DNA of 64,000 bases from Camelus dromedarius (taxonomy: Eukaryota), in NCBI RefSeq assembly GCF_036321535.1, contig NC_087437.1:95110001-95174000 (forward strand), in the 5' to 3' direction. The translations under genes were made by a program, and so were the position numbers. How positions within the stretch are numbered: position 1 is the first letter of the stretch; every line of letters begins with the position of its first letter. The notes below the pieces were generated by a model. That model ran no database searches, had not been told where the DNA came from, and saw only the letters and a list, made by a program, of their open reading frames with translations. Of this stretch, positions 52,879 to 64,000 are shown piece by piece.

Positions 52879-52944
52879 GTGTTTGGTAAATTTTATTAAA
52901 AGTTAATTTTGAAATAAGTATCAAACCATGGAATAGATAATGAT

Positions 52945-55900
52945 ATCTTTTTATTGAGGGAAAATTTACATGCAGTGAAATGCATAGGTCTAACTGTCTC
53001 AGTACTGATGAGTGTGTTCACCCACTAGGAACAGGTCTAATCAAGATATAGAACATGTCTGTCTTTCCAAGTTTCCTCATTCCTTTTCCAGTCTATCCCT
53101 ATCACCATAATCAATTGCCATTTAGATATTTATCACAAGATTAGTTTTGCTTATTCTTTAACTTTATATAAATGGAATGATTCAGTGTGTGCTCTTTTGG
53201 TATGGCTTCTTTCACTTGACCTGTTTGTGAAATTCATCCACTAGTTTGCACATATCAGTTGTTCATTCTTTTTTTTTTAACTGAGAGGAATTCCACTGTA
53301 TAAATAGATCACAATTTGTTTATTTATTCTACTATTAGTGGACATTTAGATTATTTCCCGTTTGGAGCTAATATTAATATGCTACTAGGAACATTATTAC
53401 ACAAGTATTTTTATGGACGAATGTTTTCTTTTGAGGGGGAAGGGTAAATAGTTTGAAGTGGAATTGTTGGATTAGATGTTAAGTATATGTTTGGCTTTAT
53501 AAAAGACAGTCAAACTGTTTACCAATGTGATTGTGCCATTTTGTACTCTCACCAGCAGTGTAACTGTTCTAACTGCTCCACATTCTCACCATCTTGAGTG
53601 TCTTCAGCCTTTTTGTTGTAGGTATTCTAGTGGATAAGAGATCTCTCTCTGTGGTTTGTGTTTCTCTAATGCTTCATGATGTCGAACTTTTCCTCATATG
53701 CTTATCAGCCATTCATATATTTATGAATTATCTATAAAAGCCTTTGACCATTTCAGGAGCTTATTTATCTATTATTGATTTGTAGAATATTTAAACATCT
53801 ATTCTAGATACAAATCCTTTGTCATATATACATATTTGTGTATATGTGTGTATATATGTATACATATAATATTTTCTGTCAGTGTGGCTTGCCTCTTTGC
53901 ATTTCATTAGTAGTGTCTTTGGATGAGCAGAAGGTTTTAATTTTGCTGAAGTTCAATTTATCCATTAAAAAAATGTTTACTGCCATTTTTTTCCTTAAAA
54001 AAATTGCCTTCTCCAAGGGCATGAATATATGGATGTATTTTCTTTCAGAAGGCTTATTGTTTCAGCTTTTACATTTAAGTCAATGGTGTATATCAAATTG
54101 ATTTTTGTATGTAGTATGAAGAAGGGGAAAGGCTTTTTTCCATATGTTTATCCAGTAGTTCCAGCATGATTTGTTCGAAACTTTTCTTTCCCAATTTAAT
54201 TGCCTTGGTACTTTTGTTGAAATCAGTTGATTTTGTATGTGTGGGCTCATTTCCAGGCTTTCTCTTCTGTTCCATTGATCTGTTTGTCTTTGGTTATGCC
54301 AAAAACAAATAAACAAACTTTCTTGATTACTGTATCTAACATTTTTAAATCATGAAGTTATTCCTCTATCTTTAAAAAAAATTATTTGGATATTTTAGGT
54401 TCTTTAAAGTTTAAAAAAATTAGAATAACTTTGATAATGCCTACAAAAGAAAAAGCCTGGTTGAACTTGTGTTAGGATTGTACTGAATCTCTAGATCATT
54501 TTGTGCAGAATAGACATCTTAACAATATGAAGTTTTTCTCAGTTACTAAGAGAGGGTGATGAAATCTTTGACTATAATTGTAAATTACAGTTGTAAATAT
54601 AATTGTAAAGATTTATCATTGTAAATCTATTTAGTTTTGTTAATTTTAATTATTTTTAATCTCTCTTATTAGGCACATATAAATTGTTATTAACACTTTT
54701 ATCATTGTGAAATGTCTCTCTATTCTTTGAATTTTTTGTCCTGAATTCTACAATGTCTGATAATAGTATAAGCATACTAGCTTCAGTATATTTACTGTTT
54801 GAATGGTATACTTTTTTCCAACCATGTACCTTTAACCTATATATATATTCATATCTGTAGTGCATCTTTCAAAGTTGGATAGTCTTGCTTTTAATTTTAA
54901 TCTAACATTATCAATCTAGTTATCTAATAATATTGCCTATTCCTATTAAATAGAATCATTTACATTTAATGTAATCATTCTTATAGTTGATTTGAGTCTG
55001 TTCCTTTGTCAGATATATATTTAAACATATATGTCAAATATATATTAATATTCTATTTTAATTCCTCCATTAGATTTTAACTATACTCTTTTAACTATAC
55101 TATTAATATTAACTTCTAAATTACTGTGTAGGTATACATATATGAATACTTAAATAATACTGGTCTACTTGGCATTGATATCATACTTCTTGAAGTAGGA
55201 TGTAAAACCTTTGCATCAGCATAATACTGTTTACCTTCACTACTCTGCATATTATTGCCTTATAATTTATAGCGATATGTTATAAACCCCACAATATGTC
55301 AAAATTTTTGTTTTAAAAATAGTAAGAGAGAAAAAAAAATTACCTTTAATTTATCCATGTATCTAGTGTTTCTAATGCTTTTCATTCCTTGAGTTTAAGG
55401 TTTCCATCTGGTGTTACCACATTTCTCTTTGGCCCAAAGAAGTTCATTTAGCATTTCTGTGGTACAGTTTTTTTTTTTGGCAGTAAATTCTCTCAGCCTT
55501 TATCTGACTATGGCCTTATTTCACCTTCATTTTTGAAGAATATATTCACCAGGCTTAGAATTCTCTTCAATTTTTAAAAAGTTTCTGTTTTGTTTTGCTT
55601 TTACCTTTCAGCACTTCAATAATTACATTGTCTCCTGGTTTTTACTGATTCTGAGAAGAAATTAGATACAACTTCTGTCCATCTTTTCCTTTGGTTTCTT
55701 TCTTTCAAGGCTTTCTCTTTAATTTTACTTTTCAGAAGTTTGGCTATGATGTGTTTAGGTGATTTTATTTATTTATTATGCTGATATTCATAAAGTTTCT
55801 TGAAGCTTTATGCTTGTATTTTTTTTTTTCCTACTTCAGGAAAATTTTGAATCTGTTTCCTGGAATACTTTTCTGGCCATTTCAACTCAATTCTCATTTT

Positions 55901-57150
55901 GCAATGCAGATTTTATTTACATGTATATCAGGCTATTCTGTATTGACTCACCTATCCGTGAGGCTGTGCACATTTTACTTCATTCATTTTTCTTTCTGTT
56001 CTTCAGTTGAATAACTTCTAGAGAGACCAGTTTTCGGATTCATCAACCCTTCCTTTTGTCATTTCCAATCTGCTGTTAAGCTCATGCAGTGAATTTCATT
56101 TCAGATGTTTATTTCTTTTCAGTTGTGGAATTTTATTTACTTTCTTCTTGTCTGCTGAGTATCTCCATCTCCATCTGCTTGATTATTATGGCTATCTTTT
56201 CCACTGAGTCCCTGTACTTATTTTCCTTAGCTACTTTAAAGCCCTTGTCTGCTAAGTACAGTATTGGAGATAAGTTGAAGTCTGTTTCTATAGACTTCTT
56301 TTTTCTTCATCAGCATATATTTCTGTATATTAGTTACATGCCTAGAAATCTGGGCTATATATCAGACATTTCAGATTAGATATTGGAGAGACTCTCCATT
56401 CTGTTATTTTTTTCCTGAAGTGTCTTAATTTTTCTTCCATCAGGCAATTAAATTACATTCTGGTGTAAACTCTGTGATGGTTTGGTTTTACTTTCCTTTA
56501 GTATGGCTTTTTTTTTTTTTTTTTCTCGTTTTGCCTTTAGTCCAAGATGAATCCCTTATACCTAGGGCATGGGTTTTATTCATAAGATGTGGCCCTTCTA
56601 ACTTGGCATGACTTCAACTCCATCTTCCCCGTGTTAATCTCAGCTCCTTTGGCCCTCTAGCTGATGCTTCCCTTTGGGATCTCTGGCATCTCCATTGCAC
56701 GTGGGCAGTTCGTGGGTCATTCAAGGATTTGAGGGAAAGTTATATGCAGATTTGGAGCTCCTTCATATGTAACTCTCTTATTTCTGCAATTTTTTTTCCT
56801 CCTTCAGTTTCAAGCCACTTTGGCAGTTCTGAATGCCATTCTCTTACATCTCAGGCCAACAAAACTGTGGCTTTCTGCTTGAGTTCTAGGATTGAGTTCT
56901 AACTCATTGTTTCTGCATGGCCTGGGGAGTGCCTTCAGTGGAAAAGCTGTATTAATGTGCATTTCTTCACATTAATTCCCAGTGCAGTTTCCTTCTCTCT
57001 AGGTTTAATCCTTTCCATTTTATGCCTGTTTGTAGTCATTGTCCAGTGCTTTCAAAGAGATATTTCTTATATTTTGTCCAGAGTATATAATAGTTATCCA
57101 TGGATGGTTTAGTTTAATTTAAGCTACTCAGCCATCACTGAAACCACAAC
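52945..57150 (-). mobile_element. Old, highly degenerate L1M element with internal deletion (3'UTR, ORF2 pieces, 5' region)
   Basis: ORF2-like remnants 54080-54316 (RQTDQWNRRESLEM) and endonuclease-like 54656-54865 (RLKVHGWKKVYHSN...LYVPN); 3' end ttttattgagggaaaatttacatgcagtgaaatgca. Confidence 0.8.
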
Positions 57151-57469
57151 TGTAATCAAATATCTTTGACTCATTCTTTATAATTCTTTCAACCTGTCCC
57201 CACCTTGATTTCTTCTAATATTCTTGTTTTATAGTATTTTATTTCTCAGGGTGGAACATATCATTCCATATAAAAAGGAATAAAAAAAACTATTAAATTG
57301 AATCAATTATTTAGATTGCACAGGAAAAAAGTTAATATAAATATAATCAACATGTAAAGTATCCTGATAATTAAAAATAAAACTGAGAAGGTAAGTTCAG
57401 AGTATGTCTTAATGGACAACAAAATATTCTGCTGCTGTTCCCCAAGGTACTAATGCTACTAATGGAAAT

Positions 57470-57810
57470 TCCTTGTTTATTTGCAAGTGTTATGAAACAC
57501 CTAGTCTGTTCAATTTTTTTTTCCTGAGTCCTGGAGATACAGCCATGAACAAAACTGAAAACGTTCCTATCCTTCCAGACCTTATATTCTAGTAGGAAGA
57601 GGTGAACATTAAGAAAATATATAAAGCATCTGGTATGTTACATGGTGATATTACTATGGAAAAAAAACAAAGGAGTCAATGGGCTATAAGGAGTGTGATG
57701 GGAATAGGGAGCCTTTAGTTTAGAATGGTTATGGGAGGGCTCCCTGACAGAGTGACATGTGAGTAAAACTGACATTACTAGGGAAGCCAATCAGAAAGAA
57801 GGAAGAGCAA
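57470..57810 (-). mobile_element. L2 3'-end fragment
   Basis: ctggagatacagccatgaacaaaactgaaaacgttcctatccttccagaccttatattctagtagg...gggagggctccctgacagagtgacatgtgag. Confidence 0.7.
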
Positions 57811-60659
57811 GAACAAGTGAATAATGCTTTACTATCATTAGCTTTGAAAGAATATTTTTATTAAAAATCACATTTCTTCCAATCTAGTTTCTTTTAGATC
57901 CTGTATTGTTATTGTTAATTTTTAAGCTTCATGCATTTTTAACTATATCCCTGTTTACGGATTGACTTTGCCCACTCCTCTTTTTCCTTGGAGTTGCTTT
58001 CTGTGTTCTTTCAATCCATCCAAACGTGGCTTGTGCTATTATGAACACACAGTTCCCGAGGAGGACTCAGAACCCCATACTGTCAAGCTGCCCAACTGGC
58101 AATATACATGGTAGTCTCTGTTCGTGCCAAATTGCTGACTTCTAACATTTCTGCCTAACTAGGAAGAAATATCATGTGTGCATCAATCACTAGAAGACTT
58201 GTGTCTACCCTAATTAGAATCATGTCTGTGTGTATGTACCCTCATGCATATGTGTGCTTTCTTCCTAGGCATTGCTCTCTAAGAAGTCAAGTTGGTGGAT
58301 TTCATTTAATTTTAGGGTCCTGCGTGCAGTAAACTTGGAAATGTAATTTAATTTGCAAGGAAAGAATGTTAGAACTTAAAGCATTCCCGTAATATGCTGC
58401 TACAGCACATGTGAAAAAATGTGCTGTCCTGGCTCATCTTTAATTCTTTTTGAAATTTATGAAATAAACACAAACTGGCATGTTTTTGAAAAAGAAAAAC
58501 TTAATGTAAATATAGAACAAGGAAAGCAAAAACACAATTTGACTTAGTGCTAGCAGTATTAATATATTTTATTTTCATACTGAATTAATTTATGATCACT
58601 TCCAAAAGCTTCCTAATCATTTAACTCTTGAAATTGCAGCATGAACTCAAGGTCAGATTTTTTTTCTTAGAAACCTGCTCTGCTTTCTGTAGATACAGGC
58701 TCCATCGTTGCCTTTGAAAGGGGGTACCCTTGTTCAGAATGCATCGTCTTGTCATGAAAGAAATGGTGGTATGTAGTTTTTAAGGACCTCTTGTTTACAT
58801 TCTGGTTATATCTAGTATAATGCACAGGAAAATTCAGACCAATGGGTGAACAGTTATTTTTTTCAAATGACTCATGGGTCTTAAACCAGTCTTAATATAA
58901 TAGCTAGCTATTTTATAACACCAGTAAAGGAAATTTTTATACAGTTTTTAGCATTTGTGGAGGTTGGTTCACTATGACCTGAAACAGAGCCAGGCTCGTT
59001 TCTCATCATGCTGTATGCCACTGCATAGTTGATCTAAGCTTGTGTATCTCTTTGAAGTCAAGACAAGAAAGCAACCCAGAGGGTTTCTAAAATGTAAAGA
59101 ACTACTGTTTCAAGGTGGAGAAAGAACTTCTATAATCTTGTTCGTTTGCTGACAGTGTTCATGTTAGGATCAAAATGGTTACTTAATTTTAACTAGACTC
59201 ACATTCTAAAAATGGTTTGTTATTTTTGAGCAAGAAAAGGAATATTAGAAATAAGACTTATTTTAAGAATATTATCATTGGATACTTCAAATCTGTAACC
59301 GCAAATCTGGCAACTGCTGCTTTTTTGTAGAACGTACCATAGTTTAAAATTTTCAACCATGATCAAACTAGATATTAAAAACCCACACACCTATGAAAAT
59401 TCCAGTTTTGAAAATCAGTGACTTACCAGTAATAAGTTGTTAACATTAATTTTTTTTAACCTCGGAGTATGGGACACTGTGATGAATCAAATATACATTA
59501 TCTAGGAAAACAGTTTTTGGTGGTTTATTTTGTTAAAAAAACATTTGATCAAAACTGCCTTCTGAAAAGGATGAACAGGAAAGAATTTCTCTGGCCCCAA
59601 ATTCCCTCTGTTGTGAAGAAAAACAGTATCTAATGTTGAACTTAAAGTTGTATGCATTTGTGCAACCAGATCTCCTCATGATTTTCCCAGTCTTCAGACA
59701 AGAGGGCTGAAGTCACACATGCTTTCTGGAAAGGTTTTTTGTTGTTGTTTAGGTTGGGGTCATGTGCATACCTGGGAGGAGTCTCAGTTTCATTTTTGGT
59801 AATGCGATGTGAAACAGAAATTACAGTTCCAGAAGTAGCTGTCAGTGACTTGGCATAAAGCTTGAGGAGGTTTTCGAACCGCCAAGCATTTGGGAGGGAG
59901 GTCTGAACTGATCTTAGTCAGATCTCAAGGAACCAGGTGAGCCTAATATTTATGTTTACCACATAATTATAGGATAAGAGCAAACCAAGCAAAACACTCC
60001 TGTGTTCACATGCAACGCCCATCACGACTTGGTTTAGACATACCTGTCCAGCCTCTTCTTTTGTCACTCTCTCCTTCTCTCCTCCACGCATACCCACAAA
60101 GAACTCCTAAGGATTACTGGACTTGAATAGCTTGATGTCTTTGTGCACACTTGTGTTTTTCTGAATTTTGCGTTTCCTTGAAATCATCTTGGTCAGGTTC
60201 AGCTCTGGCTTCAAGCGTTTGCTCAGTTGTCATTTCTGGCAAGTCTTTAAGTTTTGCAACTGTTCTCTAGCCTTCTATCTTTAGAGCTTAGGTTAATCAC
60301 CTTTTTTGTGTGTTTGCACACAACGTTATAGAACATTCTAAGGACAAGGGAATTACTGTTGATTGAAGCTCACTAGTGAATTTCACTAAATCCTCTCAAA
60401 AGCCCATTTTAACAGAGAAGTCCTAAACTAAGAAGTGAGGGAGCAAATTTTTGAGCTGAGGCCCCTTTGATTCCAAAATTGACATCATTTTTAAGTTAAC
60501 CTATTGGCATCATCTCACATTGTAATTTCTTCATGTCTCTCTCCTCTCCCTTACTGTGTGAGATCTGATTTTAATTTAATTGCATCCATATTAATTTCTT
60601 TTTCAATACTAGGAATTATATATAGATCTATTAAAATGGTAAAAAGTGTTTATTAAATT

Positions 60660-60990
60660 AACAAATAATGAATGTTTTCTAAAATACAAATTTAATTGAA
60701 ATGTGCATATAGACAATTACAGAAATCAGTGTACAGCTAGATACATTATAACAGATTAAGCCTACCCATATAACCCCTATACAGATGAATAAATAGTCTT
60801 TTTGCAGCTCCTTTCAATCTTTGCCTCTACTTTCTCCCCCACAGTGTCACTATCTGACTTCTAACATCATTCAGTAGTTATATTAGTTTTGGTGGTTTTT
60901 ACCTTTACATAAATAGAATCATATATGTATTATTTTGTGTATTTTTTATATATTTCATATTGCCTTTTTGAGATTCATATACCTGGTTTA
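60660..60990 (-). mobile_element. Old L1ME-like 3' fragment
   Basis: cactatctgacttctaacatca...ctttacataaatagaatcatatatgta...tttttgagattcata. Confidence 0.5.
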
Positions 60991-61544
60991 TAAAGCAATC
61001 ATAATTTTATTGAACAAATTCTTTTTGAAAGGCTGTCTCTTTCCTTACTCTGAAAACAGATAAAATTTATGTGTCATAGCACAAATTTCTGTGAATGAAA
61101 CTGAATTTGTTAGCACCATATGAACTTGGGATAAAGAGCCTTGAAATCTAGGTATAGTTTTTATAGTCAACTTATTTTTATTATTTTTTTTTCCTCTAGA
61201 AGGTATGTGTGCTAAATTTCTACAATTCTAATTAGTAAGGGTTAACTCCTCATTATAGAAAAAGCATTACTGATTAAATATTTGACATAACCATTTGAAA
61301 GTTTTTTTTAAAACAAAACCAAAAGGAAAAATCTTGTGTATCAAGTATATGAACTAATTTATATCCAGGTAATATTACTCAAATGAATTTTGAGTTATTC
61401 TTAAAGTTAAAAAAAACACATATACACATACACACTCTCTTGCTATCAGCAGTATTGCCTCAAACATGTCATTTTACCTCATTTTATCAATATGTAAAAT
61501 GCGCAGGGTCATATGATCATTATTTTTCTGAAAGTATAGATAGA

Positions 61545-61740
61545 GTCAGTGTGGGACCTATAGTTAGACTGACCAAGTTCCAACTCCACCTCTTTGTAGA
61601 TGTTTAATATTGGAGTAAACCTCTCTCCATTTCTCATTTTACTAATCTATAAAATGGAGTAATAATAGTCCCTAGATCATGAAGTTGCTGCAAGGATTTA
61701 GTGAGTAAAACATTTAGAACATTGCCTGGTGTGTATATAC
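61545..61740 (+). mobile_element. MIR SINE
   Basis: aacctctctccatttctcattttactaatctataaaatggagtaataatagtccc...gttgctgcaaggattta...atttagaacattgcctgg. Confidence 0.75.
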
Positions 61741-62057
61741 ATATATATTTATATATATATATATTTCTAATATGTTAAGTACTGTTGTTACCATTATTAT
61801 TACTTTATCAATAGAAGTATTTCATTACGTTGGTTTTCATAGATGGAAAATCCTTACCTTGGCAAATGGAATTTACAGAACTTTTATTTTAAGAGAAGCA
61901 TTTTTGAGAATGCTCAGAATTTTTCATGGCATTATTTGAATTTTATGAAGATTATCTCACACATCTCATAGATCAGGTTAGAGTGTTGTAAGTGGAGGAT
62001 GCAGCCTACACACAAAGAAATGACAAGTTCCATGATAGAAGCCTACAGGAGAAACAG

Positions 62058-62104
62058 ACACACACACACACACACACACACGTGCACACACACACACACA
62101 CACA
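62058..62104. repeat. (CA)n microsatellite with CGTG interruption
   Basis: Read directly from the sequence. Confidence 0.95.
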
Positions 62105-62109
62105 GACAC

Positions 62110-62520
62110 CATCTTCTTTCTTTTTCCTCCTGGCAGTAACTTAATCCAATACTTCATTATTTCTTATCTGAACTACTACATTTTCTCAACTGGCTTTCTT
62201 GCTTTTAGTACCATTCGTACCATCTTAACAGAAATCCATCTTCCAATGTCTTGCTTATAATAACTGATTTCTAAAATACAGGTCTCTCATCACCATTTCC
62301 TATAGCATAATCCTATCATGCTGATGCCCCGTCAGACATACAATAAAATTTACATCCCTTTGTGTGGCATCTAAGTATTCATTAATAAAATATGTACTGA
62401 GCCATCATTATATGCCAGCTGTATAATGGAAAGGTCCTTCATGATCTAGCTCTCACCTTCCCTTTTATCTTCCTTCTTGCCGCTCCTTCCTCCTGCAGAG
62501 CTATGCTACCCAGTGCAGCC
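62110..62520 (+). mobile_element. L2 fragment
   Basis: atttcttatctgaactacta...atttctaaaatacaggtctctcatcaccatttcc...aaggtccttcatgatctagc. Confidence 0.55.
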
Positions 62521-64000
62521 AGGTTCTACAACTTCACACATGTGGGGTAATCTCCCCGTTCTAGCTTCTCTGTGAAACTTTGGGTCAGTTTACTCTCTAG
62601 GTTTCAAGCTCCTCCTTCACAAAATAAAAAGGTTGTACCCTGAAATCTTTCCCAGATCTGAAAGCAATGAATCTAGGAAATTTCAGGCAATAGATGGGAA
62701 AGAGAGTTTTAAATAGTGGCTGAATTCTTGAGTAAAACCAAAAAAGCATATACTGTTGTTAAATTTACCATTTAATAACAGATCATCAGCAGTGCAGTGG
62801 AATAGGACAGAAAATTGGAATCATTTAAATATCTCAGGCTTGAAGACAGTTGTAATCACGTTTGGGATCGTTGCTGTATGAGTGTGCCTAGAAGTCATGG
62901 CAAAATATTATTACACTTTCTTGATATACTAAATTCCATCATACATCTAGGTACTTTTTTTTAAGCAACAGAAAGTAGCAAATTAAAAACTTGAGCACGC
63001 ATGTCCAAGAAGAACAATGATTGAAACTGAACACACTTGCTTATTTCAGTGCTTTTGCTGCGGAGACAGAATGGGAGAGAGAAAGGGTAAGGAGAGGAGG
63101 AAAGCAAAAGGTTTTATCCCACAGAGTAGAGACTGAGAAATACTTTCTCCATGTTTTTTGACAAAAATAAATGAATGAATGAAGTAGATGAATTGAAGTG
63201 ATAGAGAGAGGGAAGGGAGGAAAAAATGGAGAAGACCTGAGGACCTAAACGACAACTGAGTAGTAGATGTGGGAAGCATGGAGAGAAGATAGCATGTGTG
63301 TTCTGCGAGGTGAGAGAAGGATGCAGAGAAGAAACATTTGGAAGATATTTCACCATGATGGCCGGATGCTGGAAATGTCAGCTCAAAACAGCTTGTTGTA
63401 TTTTGAAGTCAGAAAGGGTGAAATCTTGAAGATGAGAACAGAACAATAAGGGGAGGCAGGACACAATGGTGCTTTGAACAGGCAGGATATTAGCATGGTC
63501 TTTGTTTGTAAAACAGATGAATATGTGATTCAGCTTGCATTGTTTTAGTCAAAAATCATTTACTGCTTTTTAGTTTCGCAGGGACGTGGTTTCCGTATCA
63601 ATTTCTGCATGTTTTTTCCCTTTATAAGTCAGAAAATGGAGCATAAAACTTAGGGCTCACACGAGATTCAACTGGCCATTAATACAGCACACACTTTTGC
63701 CAAATGCAGTGATTTTTATAACATTTTTAAATTTAAAAACTTGCCCCAAATTTCAATCATAATATTTAAAGCTTGGTAACTCTAAGATCAAGGGTAAGAA
63801 ATGTTTAAAATTCACTTTTCCATTTACCATTGTTTTTTAAAGAGATGGAAAAACAAGGTCAAAATGCACATAAACATCAAATCTAATATAAAACTTACCC
63901 CTGAATCCATGTGTTACTTATTCACTCTTCATCTAACAATAATTAAAGAGTTAAAATCCATAACCTCTGTTTGCATGTTTATTTCCATTTGATCTATTAA

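Noticed and set aside
57250..57396. Pseudo-exon with strong donor AAG|GTAAGT
   Set aside because: Very AT-rich body with an early in-frame stop and no exon-like composition; typical decoy.

Overview
AT-rich mammalian genomic DNA from inside the ROBO1 gene, which runs on the + strand. The tRNA-derived SINE and young L1 3' ends resemble camelid families, but this is recalled from memory and not verified. The only supported host coding sequence is one 327-nt phase-1/phase-1 exon (3578-3904) encoding the first Ig domain of ROBO1; the rest is intron. The intron carries a full-length antisense RPL41 processed retrocopy with an intact 25-codon ORF, poly(A) tail and 15-bp target-site duplication (TSD). 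It also holds an ERV solo LTR, several L1 copies (two long internally deleted ones, several 5'-truncated ones, one with a probable 3' transduction), L2, MIR, MaLR and hAT-Charlie relics, and microsatellites. Almost all ORF-track entries are spurious or transposon-derived. I found no convincing new biological system. The best leads are the RPL41 retrocopy, the L1 3' transduction, candidate cryptic exons or a recursive splice site, and candidate enhancers. Boundaries of old repeats are approximate, and family names come from recalled consensus similarity, not a database search.
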